Shown one piece after another: positions 26,210-34,586 of a stretch of 64,000 bases of DNA (its first letter is position 1; each line of letters starts with the position of its first letter). Origin of the DNA: Acutalibacteraceae bacterium (lineage in GTDB: Bacteria > Bacillota > Clostridia > Oscillospirales > Acutalibacteraceae); assembly GCA_045591425.1 (NCBI GenBank), contig JAZNSX010000041.1, positions 14,804 to 78,803 on the forward strand, given 5' to 3'. The position numbers were made by a program, and so were the translations under genes. Under the pieces are notes generated by a model that saw nothing but the letters and a program-made list of their open reading frames with translations, ran no database searches and had not been told where the DNA came from.

Positions 26210-28000
26210 TTATCTGCCCTTTTTCTTCTTGATAATAATTGCTGCTGCGGCAGAGAGAACCAAAGCTGCAAATGCTGCTATTCCCGCGCCAGCAGAGCCC
26301 GTTGAAGGGATGCTTGTGTTTTTGTCTGAATCATCTTTGATTTCAGTCCACTTTGCATCAAATGTAAGATTCTTCTTGGGCATTTTGTCGGGAATTTCGG
26401 GGTTCCAGCCTGCAAATTTATAGCCCGATTTTGTCGGGTTGGTCGGCACGCTTATTTTCTCGCCTGCTTCATGTTTATAAGTTTTGTAAATTTTACCGTC
26501 AACCTTGTAAGTCACGGTATAGGTTTTCTTTATGCCTGATGAGACACCGAGAAGAGTTATTATTCCGCCGATGATTGAAATGCCCGTGATTGCCGCCGCT
26601 CCCGCGCTTGCGATGAGTGCAACAATTCCGCCTGCAACAACCGTTCCGCCGACAACAAGCGTGATGAAATCCTTGTCAAGAACAAACTGAGCGGTGAATG
26701 TAAGGTCGGATTCGGGCATTGCCGAAGGAATTTCGGGGTCCCATCCGTTAAATTTGTGTGCGAATTTTTCGGGGTCTTCGGGAACGGGGATTTTTTCTCC
26801 CTCTGTTACTTCGTATGCCTCATAGGTTTTGCCGTCAACCATATAAACAACGTTGCCGTTTTTGAGCCACTTTGCCGAGAAAACAACATCGGAAGCGGGT
26901 ACTGTTGTGTAAGAGTAAAGATTATTGCCTTCGGCATCGTACCAGCCCGCAAAAACATAGCCTTCTTTTGTCGGATCCTTTGGGGCAGTGAGCGCGATAT
27001 CCGAGCCGTAGGTTGCAGTTTTTGAGGAATATTCGGCATCGTCAACCATGTATTTGATTGTGTAGTCTTTGAGTTCCCATGAAGCGTATGCTTTGATGTC
27101 TTTTTCGGGCATTGCTTCGGGCAGGGGGATTGTTTTACCGTTTTCTTCACCGAGAATCCAGCCTGCAAATTCAAAGCCCTCTTTTTCGGGGGATGCGGGC
27201 GGAACTATTTTATTGCCTGCCGTATATTTCTGCTGCAAGCCGTATTGCTCGTTTTCGCTGAGATAATAAGTTACGGTGAATTCTTTGGCTTCTTCTGACA
27301 CACTTTTCCATTGAGCGAAAAGAGTTACTTCTCCGCCATCGGTTTCTGTAAGATTTTTAACCTTTTGCGCTGCGGCGTATGAAACTCCGCTTCCGTCGGC
27401 GGCGGTGTTCCATCCTTTAAAAATGAAGCCCTCTTTTGATATCGAATCTGAGTCGGGAAGAGTGAATTCGGTATCGTATTTTGTGCTTACGGCTTCTATT
27501 GTGCCTTTGCCGCCGTTAAGTTCAAAGATAACTTTGTAATTAACGGGAGTGTATGCAAGATTCACGATGTTCCCAAGATAAAAAGCATCTTCGTTTGCGT
27601 AGTAATCGCTGCTCTGCGCTGCTGATACCAAAGCGCCGTCCTTATAGCCCTTAGGGGCTTCGGGAACGGTATAGCTTTCATAATAGGTATTGCCGCTTTT
27701 TTCTGATTCGGCATTGTTATGAGCATAGCCTTCGTAGGTATTTTCTCCGTAGTTTTCAGAAGCTTTTTCGCCGTTTACGATAACATAAAACATGCCCTTT
27801 TCATCGGCTTTAACGATTTCGTCTCCTGCGCTGACTGCAGGAAAGTTTAACTGATTGCCGTCTGCATCAACCGCCGTGAGTGTGCCCTCGGTGACGCTGA
27901 CGGTCATCTTTCCCGCCGCAAAGCCTGCAATGGGTGTTGTTGAGAGAAAGCATGCCGTTGAAAGAGCAACTGCAAGCAGTCCTTTAAGCTTGTGTTTCAT
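26210..28000 (-). CDS. cell-surface protein with InlB B-repeat (Listeria-Bacteroides repeat) domains and a sortase-like signal
   Basis: Signal peptide; repeats of P.KEGY.F.GW ... F.A.W; C-terminal IPSTG + hydrophobic helix + KKKKGR. Confidence 0.8.
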   Translation of the reverse strand: MKHKLKGLLAVALSTACFLSTTPIAGFAAGKMTVSVTEGTLTAVDADGNQLNFPAVSAGDEIVKADEKGMFYVIVNGEKASENYGENTYEGYAHNNAESEKSGNTYYESYTVPEAPKGYKDGALVSAAQSSDYYANEDAFYLGNIVNLAYTPVNYKVIFELNGGKGTIEAVSTKYDTEFTLPDSDSISKEGFIFKGWNTAADGSGVSYAAAQKVKNLTETDGGEVTLFAQWKSVSEEAKEFTVTYYLSENEQYGLQQKYTAGNKIVPPASPEKEGFEFAGWILGEENGKTIPLPEAMPEKDIKAYASWELKDYTIKYMVDDAEYSSKTATYGSDIALTAPKDPTKEGYVFAGWYDAEGNNLYSYTTVPASDVVFSAKWLKNGNVVYMVDGKTYEAYEVTEGEKIPVPEDPEKFAHKFNGWDPEIPSAMPESDLTFTAQFVLDKDFITLVVGGTVVAGGIVALIASAGAAAITGISIIGGIITLLGVSSGIKKTYTVTYKVDGKIYKTYKHEAGEKISVPTNPTKSGYKFAGWNPEIPDKMPKKNLTFDAKWTEIKDDSDKNTSIPSTGSAGAGIAAFAALVLSAAAAIIIKKKKGR

Positions 28001-28029
28001 AAATTTCCTCCGTTATATATAAATTTATG

Positions 28030-28127
28030 TTTAAAGACTTGCCCCGGATTATTTCATTATATTAATCCGCAAATGCGGCTTCCCACCCGCTTTAACAACA
28101 AGATAAAGTGCGGGGCATGTCCTTAAA
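28030..28127 (-). ncRNA. putative structured 5' leader RNA (family not recognised)
   Basis: Closing helix TTTAAGGAC-A-TGCCCC / GGGGCA-A-GTCTTTAAA encloses internal hairpins; it lies between the promoter and the RBS. Confidence 0.5.
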
Positions 28128-28136
28128 TCCTCGCCA

Positions 28137-28167
28137 ATTATACATTGACCTTGGCACGCGGTCAATG
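28137..28167 (-). promoter_or_regulatory. sigma-A promoter embedded in an inverted repeat
   Basis: TTGACC-17-TATAAT; palindrome CATTGACC-N9-GGTCAATG covers the -35 box and spacer. Confidence 0.6.
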
Positions 28168-28209
28168 CGGTTTGATGAATTACAAATATTTACTAATTCT
28201 CATAAAGAA

Positions 28210-28824
28210 TTAAGTCTTTTTGAACGATATTTTATTTTCTTTTCCGTCAAGCAAACGCACGAAATTCTCCGCATGTTTGATTGTAATCAAAACAGCGCAC
28301 GCAGCCGCAAAAACAAAGTTTGCATAGGCGTGGCTGTCGCTCCAAAAGTATGCAATCAGAGGATAAGCTGCGGCGGATATTACCGACCCTAGCGAAACGA
28401 TTCTGGTTATCAGCACCGTCAGAGCAAAAACCGCAATCAATGCCGCGGCGACCAAAGGCATTATGCCCACTGCCGCGCCGGCTGCCGTGGCAACGCCTTT
28501 ACCGCCTTTAAACCTGAAAAAAAGTGGAAAAGCGTGACCGAACTGAACGGAAAATCCTGCGACAAGCATGCATTCATAAGGGAATTCAAAAAAGCAGACA
28601 AAGCATCTTGCCGCCGCCGTGCACAGCAATCCTTTGGAAAAATCAATCAGAAAAACCGCCGCGCCGGCTTTTTTGCCCAGAACGCGCAAAGTGTTTGTTG
28701 CGCCTGCGTTTCCGCTGCCGAATTGGCGTATATCCTTTCCGTAATGCGCTTTTGAAATGATTACCGCCGAGTTTATGCTTCCGATGAGATAGGAAACAGC
28801 CGCTGTAATTGCCGAATAAATCAT
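28210..28824 (-). CDS. plsY: glycerol-3-phosphate 1-O-acyltransferase
   Basis: YLIGSI, DIRQFGSGNAGATN, GHAFPLF..FKGGKGVAT, KHAENFVRLL.G.E; RBS GAGGTG before ATG 28824. Confidence 0.92.
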   Translation of the reverse strand: MIYSAITAAVSYLIGSINSAVIISKAHYGKDIRQFGSGNAGATNTLRVLGKKAGAAVFLIDFSKGLLCTAAARCFVCFFEFPYECMLVAGFSVQFGHAFPLFFRFKGGKGVATAAGAAVGIMPLVAAALIAVFALTVLITRIVSLGSVISAAAYPLIAYFWSDSHAYANFVFAAACAVLITIKHAENFVRLLDGKENKISFKKT

Positions 28825-28985
28825 AATTTTCACCTCGGAAATATTTTGTCCTGAGGTGTGCGGAATATTTCGACTCAGACAGTATATCGGGAAAATATAG
28901 ACACGGTATTTATATTGATTTAAGTTACGGTAAAATATTTGTTATCAAATAATTAGCGGTTTTTTAACAGCAAAAACGAGAGGTG

Positions 28986-29690
28986 TCACACCTCTCGTTT
29001 GATTTTTTCTATTATTCTCTTTTCAAGCCTCGAAATGTAGCTTTGAGATATGCCGAGCGAATCTGCAACCTCTTTTTGAGTATATTCTCGTCCGCCGCCG
29101 ATGCCGAATCGCATTGTCATTATTAACCGTTCTCTTTTGCCGAGGGAGTTGATTGCTTTGTAAAGGCGGCTGCGCTCGTCATCCGCCTCAATATCCCTGT
29201 ATATTTCATCGGGTTCGCTTCCGAGCACATCGGAGAGCAAAAGCTCGTTTCCGTCCCAGTCAATATTAAGCGGTTCGTAATAAGACACTTCGGTTTTCAT
29301 TGAGTTGCTTTTGCGCAAATACATAAGAATTTCGTTTTCGATGCATCTTGACGCATAGGTTGCCAATTTTATGTTTTTTGAAAGTCTGAAAGTATTGACC
29401 GCTTTAATCAGTCCCAGAGTGCCTATTGAAATCAAATCCTCAATCGGTATGCCTGTATTTTCAAATTTTTTTGCTATGTATACAACCAAACGGAGATTAT
29501 GAACAATCAGCTCTTCGCGGGCGTCTTTGTCTCCTAGTTCAAGCTTTATCAGGTATTCCTGCTCCTTTTCGCCCGAAAGCGGTGCGGGGAGCGTTTCAGG
29601 TCCGTTGATATAATCAACCTCAATTTCAAAGACCTTCAACTTCAGTTTGTTGATTAATGTTCTAAGCTTTTCCGCAAGCCTGATTATCAT
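28986..29690 (-). CDS. sigE: sporulation sigma factor pro-sigma-E
   Basis: Pro-sequence then [71 protein letters not shown]; lies downstream of spoIIGA. Confidence 0.93.
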   Translation of the reverse strand: MIIRLAEKLRTLINKLKLKVFEIEVDYINGPETLPAPLSGEKEQEYLIKLELGDKDAREELIVHNLRLVVYIAKKFENTGIPIEDLISIGTLGLIKAVNTFRLSKNIKLATYASRCIENEILMYLRKSNSMKTEVSYYEPLNIDWDGNELLLSDVLGSEPDEIYRDIEADDERSRLYKAINSLGKRERLIMTMRFGIGGGREYTQKEVADSLGISQSYISRLEKRIIEKIKREV

Positions 29691-30558
29691 TCTGTTTTCT
29701 TCCCCTTTCTGTTCGCATATTGTTATCGATTGCATCAAAAAACGGAGTTCCCAGCAGCACCGAATATCCTCCCGAAACAATTTTTTTCTCGGTTATTCCT
29801 ATGTAAACATTCTTCGCTTCAACCCATCCTCCTTCCGTCAAAATTTCTGCTTTATCGGCTGAGAACGCCGGTAAGGTTCCGCTATTTTTTATTGTAGAAA
29901 ACGGTATTAACCGAAAATTTTTCATTTCAAACAAATCTTCGCCGAATAAAATCGGCTCAACAAGGGACTTTTCTGCGATTATAACAGGTCTCCCGGAAAA
30001 GCAGTCGCAAAGGTTGTTGCCTGAGTCAAACAGAGCTTTTCCTTCAACACATTTTTGATTGTAAGTAAGCTTGATTGTGTAAATGCTTTTTTGCGGAACG
30101 CGGCTCTTTGTCAGGCGCGATATAAGGTTGAGAATGCAGTAACATAACACGGCTCCGATTGTCAGAGTGAGCATATCAATGTCAAAATAAATTACACCGT
30201 TTTGATAAAGTGCTTTATTTGGGAAAAAAGCGGTACACGCAGCCATCATAATTCCGGCAAAAACAAAATTTGCCGTAAAAAATGCAGCGCTGCATTTCAG
30301 AAACGATTTCAACGATTTTGCTTTGTAAGCAATAAGAACAATCAAAAACGTAAAAAGTATCTTTATCAGCAGGTTAATTGCGGCGGGTATGTTATCAATA
30401 AATATTATAAGAGAAAGAAAGCCGCCTGCAAAGCTTGCAAGCAGAAAACGGGTTGCTTTGAATTCATTTCCGCAAATTGCCGCGCTTGCCCTAAGCAAAA
30501 GATAGTTTACAATTATGTTGGTTATTATAAGTATATCCGCATATATGACAGTGCTCAG
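29662..30558 (-). CDS. spoIIGA: pro-sigma-E processing aspartic peptidase (start uncertain)
   Basis: VIYADIL...N..VNY.LL, multiple TM segments, catalytic [17 protein letters not shown]. Confidence 0.88.
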   Translation of the reverse strand: MSTVIYADILIITNIIVNYLLLRASAAICGNEFKATRFLLASFAGGFLSLIIFIDNIPAAINLLIKILFTFLIVLIAYKAKSLKSFLKCSAAFFTANFVFAGIMMAACTAFFPNKALYQNGVIYFDIDMLTLTIGAVLCYCILNLISRLTKSRVPQKSIYTIKLTYNQKCVEGKALFDSGNNLCDCFSGRPVIIAEKSLVEPILFGEDLFEMKNFRLIPFSTIKNSGTLPAFSADKAEILTEGGWVEAKNVYIGITEKKIVSGGYSVLLGTPFFDAIDNNMRTERGRKQNDNQACGKA

Positions 30559-30700
30559 TTTAATCACCCCGTGTTCACATCGATTATACAACTGCGGAAC
30601 GGTTAAAATTTGTCGTTTACGGTAAGAAAAATCAAACTTTTCTATTGAATATCCCTAAACAGAGGTATATAATATCTTGTGAAAAAGGGAGGAAGACAGA

Positions 30701-31372
30701 ATGGGAAAATATCTTTTTGATACTCATATTCATACAAAAGAGGCAAGCTCCTGCAGCAGGGTGTGGGCGGCAGACATTGTTAAAAGATATAAAGAACTCG
30801 GATATAACGGTTTGGTTATAACCGACCATTTCAGCGCTTCGCAGTTCAAAAGGCATGGTTCAACCTATGAGGAGCAGGTTCAAAAATATCTTTCGGGCTA
30901 CAGAGCCGCAAAAGAATTTGAGGACGAAAACTTTCATATAATTTTGGGCATGGAACTGCGTTTTCTTGAAAATGACAATGATTATCTTGTTTATGGTTTT
31001 GATGAGGATTTTGTTATCAACAATGATTTGACTCGATATAATGACCCTGAAGAATTCAGACCCGTTGTTGAAGAAAATAACCTTATCATTTTTCAAGCTC
31101 ATCCGTTCAGAATCGGGATGACGGTGGTTGACCCCGAGCTTCTTGACGGTGTTGAGGTGTATAACGGACACGGTGACCACAATTCCAGAAATAAAATTGC
31201 TTATCAGTGGTCGGAGCTTCATTCGCTCAGAAAGCTTTCGGGCTCGGATTTTCACGGCAATTTGACGCTTGAACCCGGTGGAGTCTATTTTGAAGAGTAT
31301 CTGACCGATTCAAAACAGGTTGCAAAGGCTCTGCGCGAAGGCAGATACAGCCTCAAGATTTTTGAAAAATAA
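30701..31372 (+). CDS. PHP domain metallo-hydrolase
   Basis: DTHIHT, ITDH, GMEL, AHPFR, GSDFH. Confidence 0.85.
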   Translation: MGKYLFDTHIHTKEASSCSRVWAADIVKRYKELGYNGLVITDHFSASQFKRHGSTYEEQVQKYLSGYRAAKEFEDENFHIILGMELRFLENDNDYLVYGFDEDFVINNDLTRYNDPEEFRPVVEENNLIIFQAHPFRIGMTVVDPELLDGVEVYNGHGDHNSRNKIAYQWSELHSLRKLSGSDFHGNLTLEPGGVYFEEYLTDSKQVAKALREGRYSLKIFEK

Positions 31373-31384
31373 AGCATGTATGTA

Positions 31385-31406
31385 AGGCGGAAACTTATTT
31401 CCGCCT
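31385..31406. terminator. terminator between convergent genes
   Basis: AGGCGGAAA-CTTA-TTTCCGCCT. Confidence 0.65.
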
Positions 31407-31414
31407 CTTGATTT

Positions 31415-31609
31415 TTAGAATAACTGATTTTTACCTTTTTCGAGTTTGTTGATTATTCGGCTCATTTCCTGCTTTGAGCGGACTGAGCGGGAAAGGTCAA
31501 TAACTCTTCTTTTTTCGCTTTCATTAAGGAGAGAAAAAGTTTCCATTGCCTTTGTGCTTCGTGAAAGAGCCATTCCGAAACCTTGAGGGATTCCGTTCAT
31601 ATCTGTCAT
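31415..31609 (-). CDS. small hypothetical protein (64 aa)
   Basis: RBS GAGGTG before ATG 31609; IPQGFGMALS...AM..F..L...EK..V......V.SK.EM. Confidence 0.7.
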   Translation of the reverse strand: MTDMNGIPQGFGMALSRSTKAMETFSLLNESEKRRVIDLSRSVRSKQEMSRIINKLEKGKNQLF

Positions 31610-31751
31610 GTTTAACACCTCGCAATTATTTTTAGCATTTATGTATTGTGTTATATGTTGCAAAATATACATAACATATATTTTCTTTAGACTTGTTTTC
31701 ACTAAAAAGATGTGGTATAATATTTCAAATTTATATTCGAGGTGATGTTTT

Positions 31752-32858
31752 GTGCGTTACAGGGTTCTCGGCAAAACCGGTGTCGAGGTTTCGGCTCTCG
31801 GCTTCGGCTGTATGAGATTTCCCACCCTTGAAGGGGATGCCATTGACGAAGTGAAAGCGATTGAAATGCTTCGTTTCGGTATTGACAACGGAATCAATTA
31901 TCTTGATACTGCTTTTTTTTATCATGGCGGCAACAGCGAAACACTTGTCGGAAAAGCGGTGAAAGACGGTTACAGAGAAAAAACATATATCGCCACAAAG
32001 CTTCCTCTCGGCAATGTAAACTGCGAAGAGGATGTTGAAAAAATCTTTAGTGAGCAGCTTGCAAAGCTTGATGTTGAATATATAGATTTCTATCTTCTTC
32101 ACGCGGTCAATAATGATTCATGGGAAAACAGGGTTGTTAAATTCAATATTATGCCTAAGCTTGAAAAGCTTAAAGAGCAAGGCAAAATCAAACATATCGG
32201 TTTTTCGTTCCATGATGATTTATGGGTGTTCAAGAAAATAATCGATGCTTATGAGGGCTTTGAATTCTGCCAGATTCAGTTTAACTATATTGATGTTGAC
32301 TATCAGGCTGGTATTGAAGGCATTGAGTATGCGGCTTCTAAGGGACTTGGCGTTATTGTTATGGAGCCTCTTCTCGGCGGCAAGCTTGCTAGCCCCAATG
32401 AAAAGGTCGTGGAAAAGCTCGGCGGAGAAAAGAATCCCGTTGAATGGGCACTGGATTTTGTCTGGAACAGACCAGAAGTCGGAATGCTTCTTAGCGGTAT
32501 GGGCTCAATGCAGATGGTTGAGGATAATCTCGGCTATGCTGATAAATCCGAGCCGGGGATGCTTTCGGAGCAGCAGCTTGATATGCTTGCAAAGGCAAAG
32601 AAAACTTTTGATGAGCTCAATCTTGTTCCGTGCACCGGCTGCGAATATTGTATGCCGTGTCCTGCGGGAGTTTTGATTCCCAAGGTTTTTTCGGCTTTTA
32701 ATAACATAGCGATCGGCGGCAGAAGGCTTGTTAAGGAGATTTTTCCTGATATTGAAAGCAATGCTTCTCTTTGCGAAAAATGCGGCAAATGTGAAAATGC
32801 TTGCCCGCAGCATATAGAAATCATAGAAACGTTGCGCAAGGTTAAAAACCAGTTTTAA
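31752..32858 (+). CDS. aldo/keto reductase with a C-terminal Fe-S domain
   Basis: VSALGFGCMRFP, GINYLDTA, YIDFYLLH, MEPL.GG; CTGCEYCMPCP and CEKCGKCENACPQ. Confidence 0.9.
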   Translation: MRYRVLGKTGVEVSALGFGCMRFPTLEGDAIDEVKAIEMLRFGIDNGINYLDTAFFYHGGNSETLVGKAVKDGYREKTYIATKLPLGNVNCEEDVEKIFSEQLAKLDVEYIDFYLLHAVNNDSWENRVVKFNIMPKLEKLKEQGKIKHIGFSFHDDLWVFKKIIDAYEGFEFCQIQFNYIDVDYQAGIEGIEYAASKGLGVIVMEPLLGGKLASPNEKVVEKLGGEKNPVEWALDFVWNRPEVGMLLSGMGSMQMVEDNLGYADKSEPGMLSEQQLDMLAKAKKTFDELNLVPCTGCEYCMPCPAGVLIPKVFSAFNNIAIGGRRLVKEIFPDIESNASLCEKCGKCENACPQHIEIIETLRKVKNQF

Positions 32859-32870
32859 GGGTGATTTGTT

Positions 32871-33497
32871 ATGAAAATACTTTTTCAGGGCGACTCAATA
32901 ACCGATGCAGGCAGAGACCGCTCGGATTACCACAATCTCGGCGAAGGATATCCTTTTTATGCGGCTAAATATATAAAAGAGGATAATCCCGAAACCGACT
33001 TTGAATTCATCAATCTCGGTATAAGCGGCAATCAGACGATTGATTTGGTTAACAGACTGCAAAGTGATTTTATTGAAATTCAGCCCGATATTGTTTCAAT
33101 TCTCATTGGTGTTAATGACACATGGCACAGGGCGCATAACCGCAAGTGGCTCGGTAACGATGTTTTTGAAGCTAATTACCGCAAGGTACTTGCAGAAATA
33201 AAAGAAAAGACAAATGCAAAGATTCTTATGCTTGAACCTTTTCTTCTTCATGCACCTGATAAAGAATATTTCAGGGTGGATTTAAACCCGAAAATCGATA
33301 TTGTCAGAAAGCTGGCAAAGGAATTTGCGGATTTTTACATTCCTCTTGACGGCTTGTTTGTTTCGGCAAGCATCGGCGTTGATGATTTGCATTGGTCGCA
33401 GGACGGTGTTCACCCCAACGCCAACGGCGCGGAATTCATCGGTGAGCTTTATGCAAATGCAATAAATATTGTTATTGACGAGATGAACGAAGAATGA
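32871..33497 (+). CDS. SGNH/GDSL hydrolase
   Basis: FQGDSIT, NLGISGN, LIGVND, DGVHP. Confidence 0.9.
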   Translation: MKILFQGDSITDAGRDRSDYHNLGEGYPFYAAKYIKEDNPETDFEFINLGISGNQTIDLVNRLQSDFIEIQPDIVSILIGVNDTWHRAHNRKWLGNDVFEANYRKVLAEIKEKTNAKILMLEPFLLHAPDKEYFRVDLNPKIDIVRKLAKEFADFYIPLDGLFVSASIGVDDLHWSQDGVHPNANGAEFIGELYANAINIVIDEMNEE

Positions 33498-34567
33498 AAA
33501 CTGTTAGAAAAATACTGAATTATATTTTTGTTGACGGGCTTTCGGGCATGGCTCTCGGACTTTTTGCAACTCTCATAATAGGAACCATTCTTGAACAGAT
33601 AGCCGGATTTATAAATAATGATATAGGCGTTTATCTGAGTGCGGTTGCCGCTGTTGCAAAGTCACTCACGGGAGCGGGCATAGGCGCAGGAATGGCATTC
33701 AAATATAAATCAACACCTTTAACTGGTGTTTCCGCTGCTGTTGCAGGCATGGTCGGGGCCTTCGCTTCAAAACTTATTGCAGGCTCGGTTTTAACCGATG
33801 CGGGTATGCTTTATTCAGGTCCCGGTGATCCGCTTTCGGCTTTTATTGCGGCATTCTTTGCAATTCAAGTCGGCAAGCTTGTCGGCGGCAAAACAAAGCT
33901 TGATATTATTCTTACTCCCGCCGCTTCGATTATTGCCGGTTGTGCAGCAGGTCTTTTTATCGGTCCTCCCGCATCAAAGGTCACAACATATATAGGTGAA
34001 ATAATAAGTTGGGGCATGGAAAGACAGCCTGTTATTATGGGCATTGTTGTTTCGGTTGTTATGGGTATCTGCTTGACTCTCCCCATCAGCTCTGCTGCAC
34101 TTGGAATCATTCTTGGTCTTTCAGGTATTGCAGGCGGAGCAGCGGTTGTCGGCTGTAGCTGTCACATGGTTGGTTTTGCGGTTGCGAGCTATCGTGAAAA
34201 CAAGCTCGGCGGTCTTATTGCACAGGGCGTGGGTACTTCCATGCTTCAGATGCCGAATCTTGTGAAGCATCCTCAGCTGTGGATTCCTCCGATTGTTGCA
34301 AGTGCAATTCTCGGTCCGATTTCTTCGGCTGTTCTCGAAATGACCTGCCATGCATCGGGTTCGGGTATGGGCACATCCGGTCTTGTCGGTCAGTTCATGA
34401 CATATTCTTCGATGATTGAATCGGGTGTTGATGCCAAGGTTGTTATCATCGAAATTGCGGTTATGCATTTTATTGCTCCCGCTCTTATAACACTCGGCGT
34501 TTCCGAATTCATGCGCAAAAACAAGTGGATAAGCTTCGGCGATATGGAGCTTAAAAATATTGATTAA
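33494..34567 (+). CDS. PTS IIC-like membrane protein (EIIC_2 family), no IIA/IIB partners nearby
   Basis: GMALGLFATLIIG, LDIILTP, LTLPISSAA, GTSMLQMPN, GSGMGTSGLVG. Confidence 0.8.
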   Translation: MKTVRKILNYIFVDGLSGMALGLFATLIIGTILEQIAGFINNDIGVYLSAVAAVAKSLTGAGIGAGMAFKYKSTPLTGVSAAVAGMVGAFASKLIAGSVLTDAGMLYSGPGDPLSAFIAAFFAIQVGKLVGGKTKLDIILTPAASIIAGCAAGLFIGPPASKVTTYIGEIISWGMERQPVIMGIVVSVVMGICLTLPISSAALGIILGLSGIAGGAAVVGCSCHMVGFAVASYRENKLGGLIAQGVGTSMLQMPNLVKHPQLWIPPIVASAILGPISSAVLEMTCHASGSGMGTSGLVGQFMTYSSMIESGVDAKVVIIEIAVMHFIAPALITLGVSEFMRKNKWISFGDMELKNID

Positions 34568-34586
34568 TCAATGGAGGTTATAAATT

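Noticed and set aside
28030-28127. Cobalamin riboswitch or T-box reading of the leader (GCCCCGCACT, TGGGAAG, GGGTGG)
   Set aside because: It lacks the AGGGAA..GGTG..AATCC and GCCACTG elements of cobalamin switches and the stem-I/GGTGGNACCGCG elements of T-boxes.
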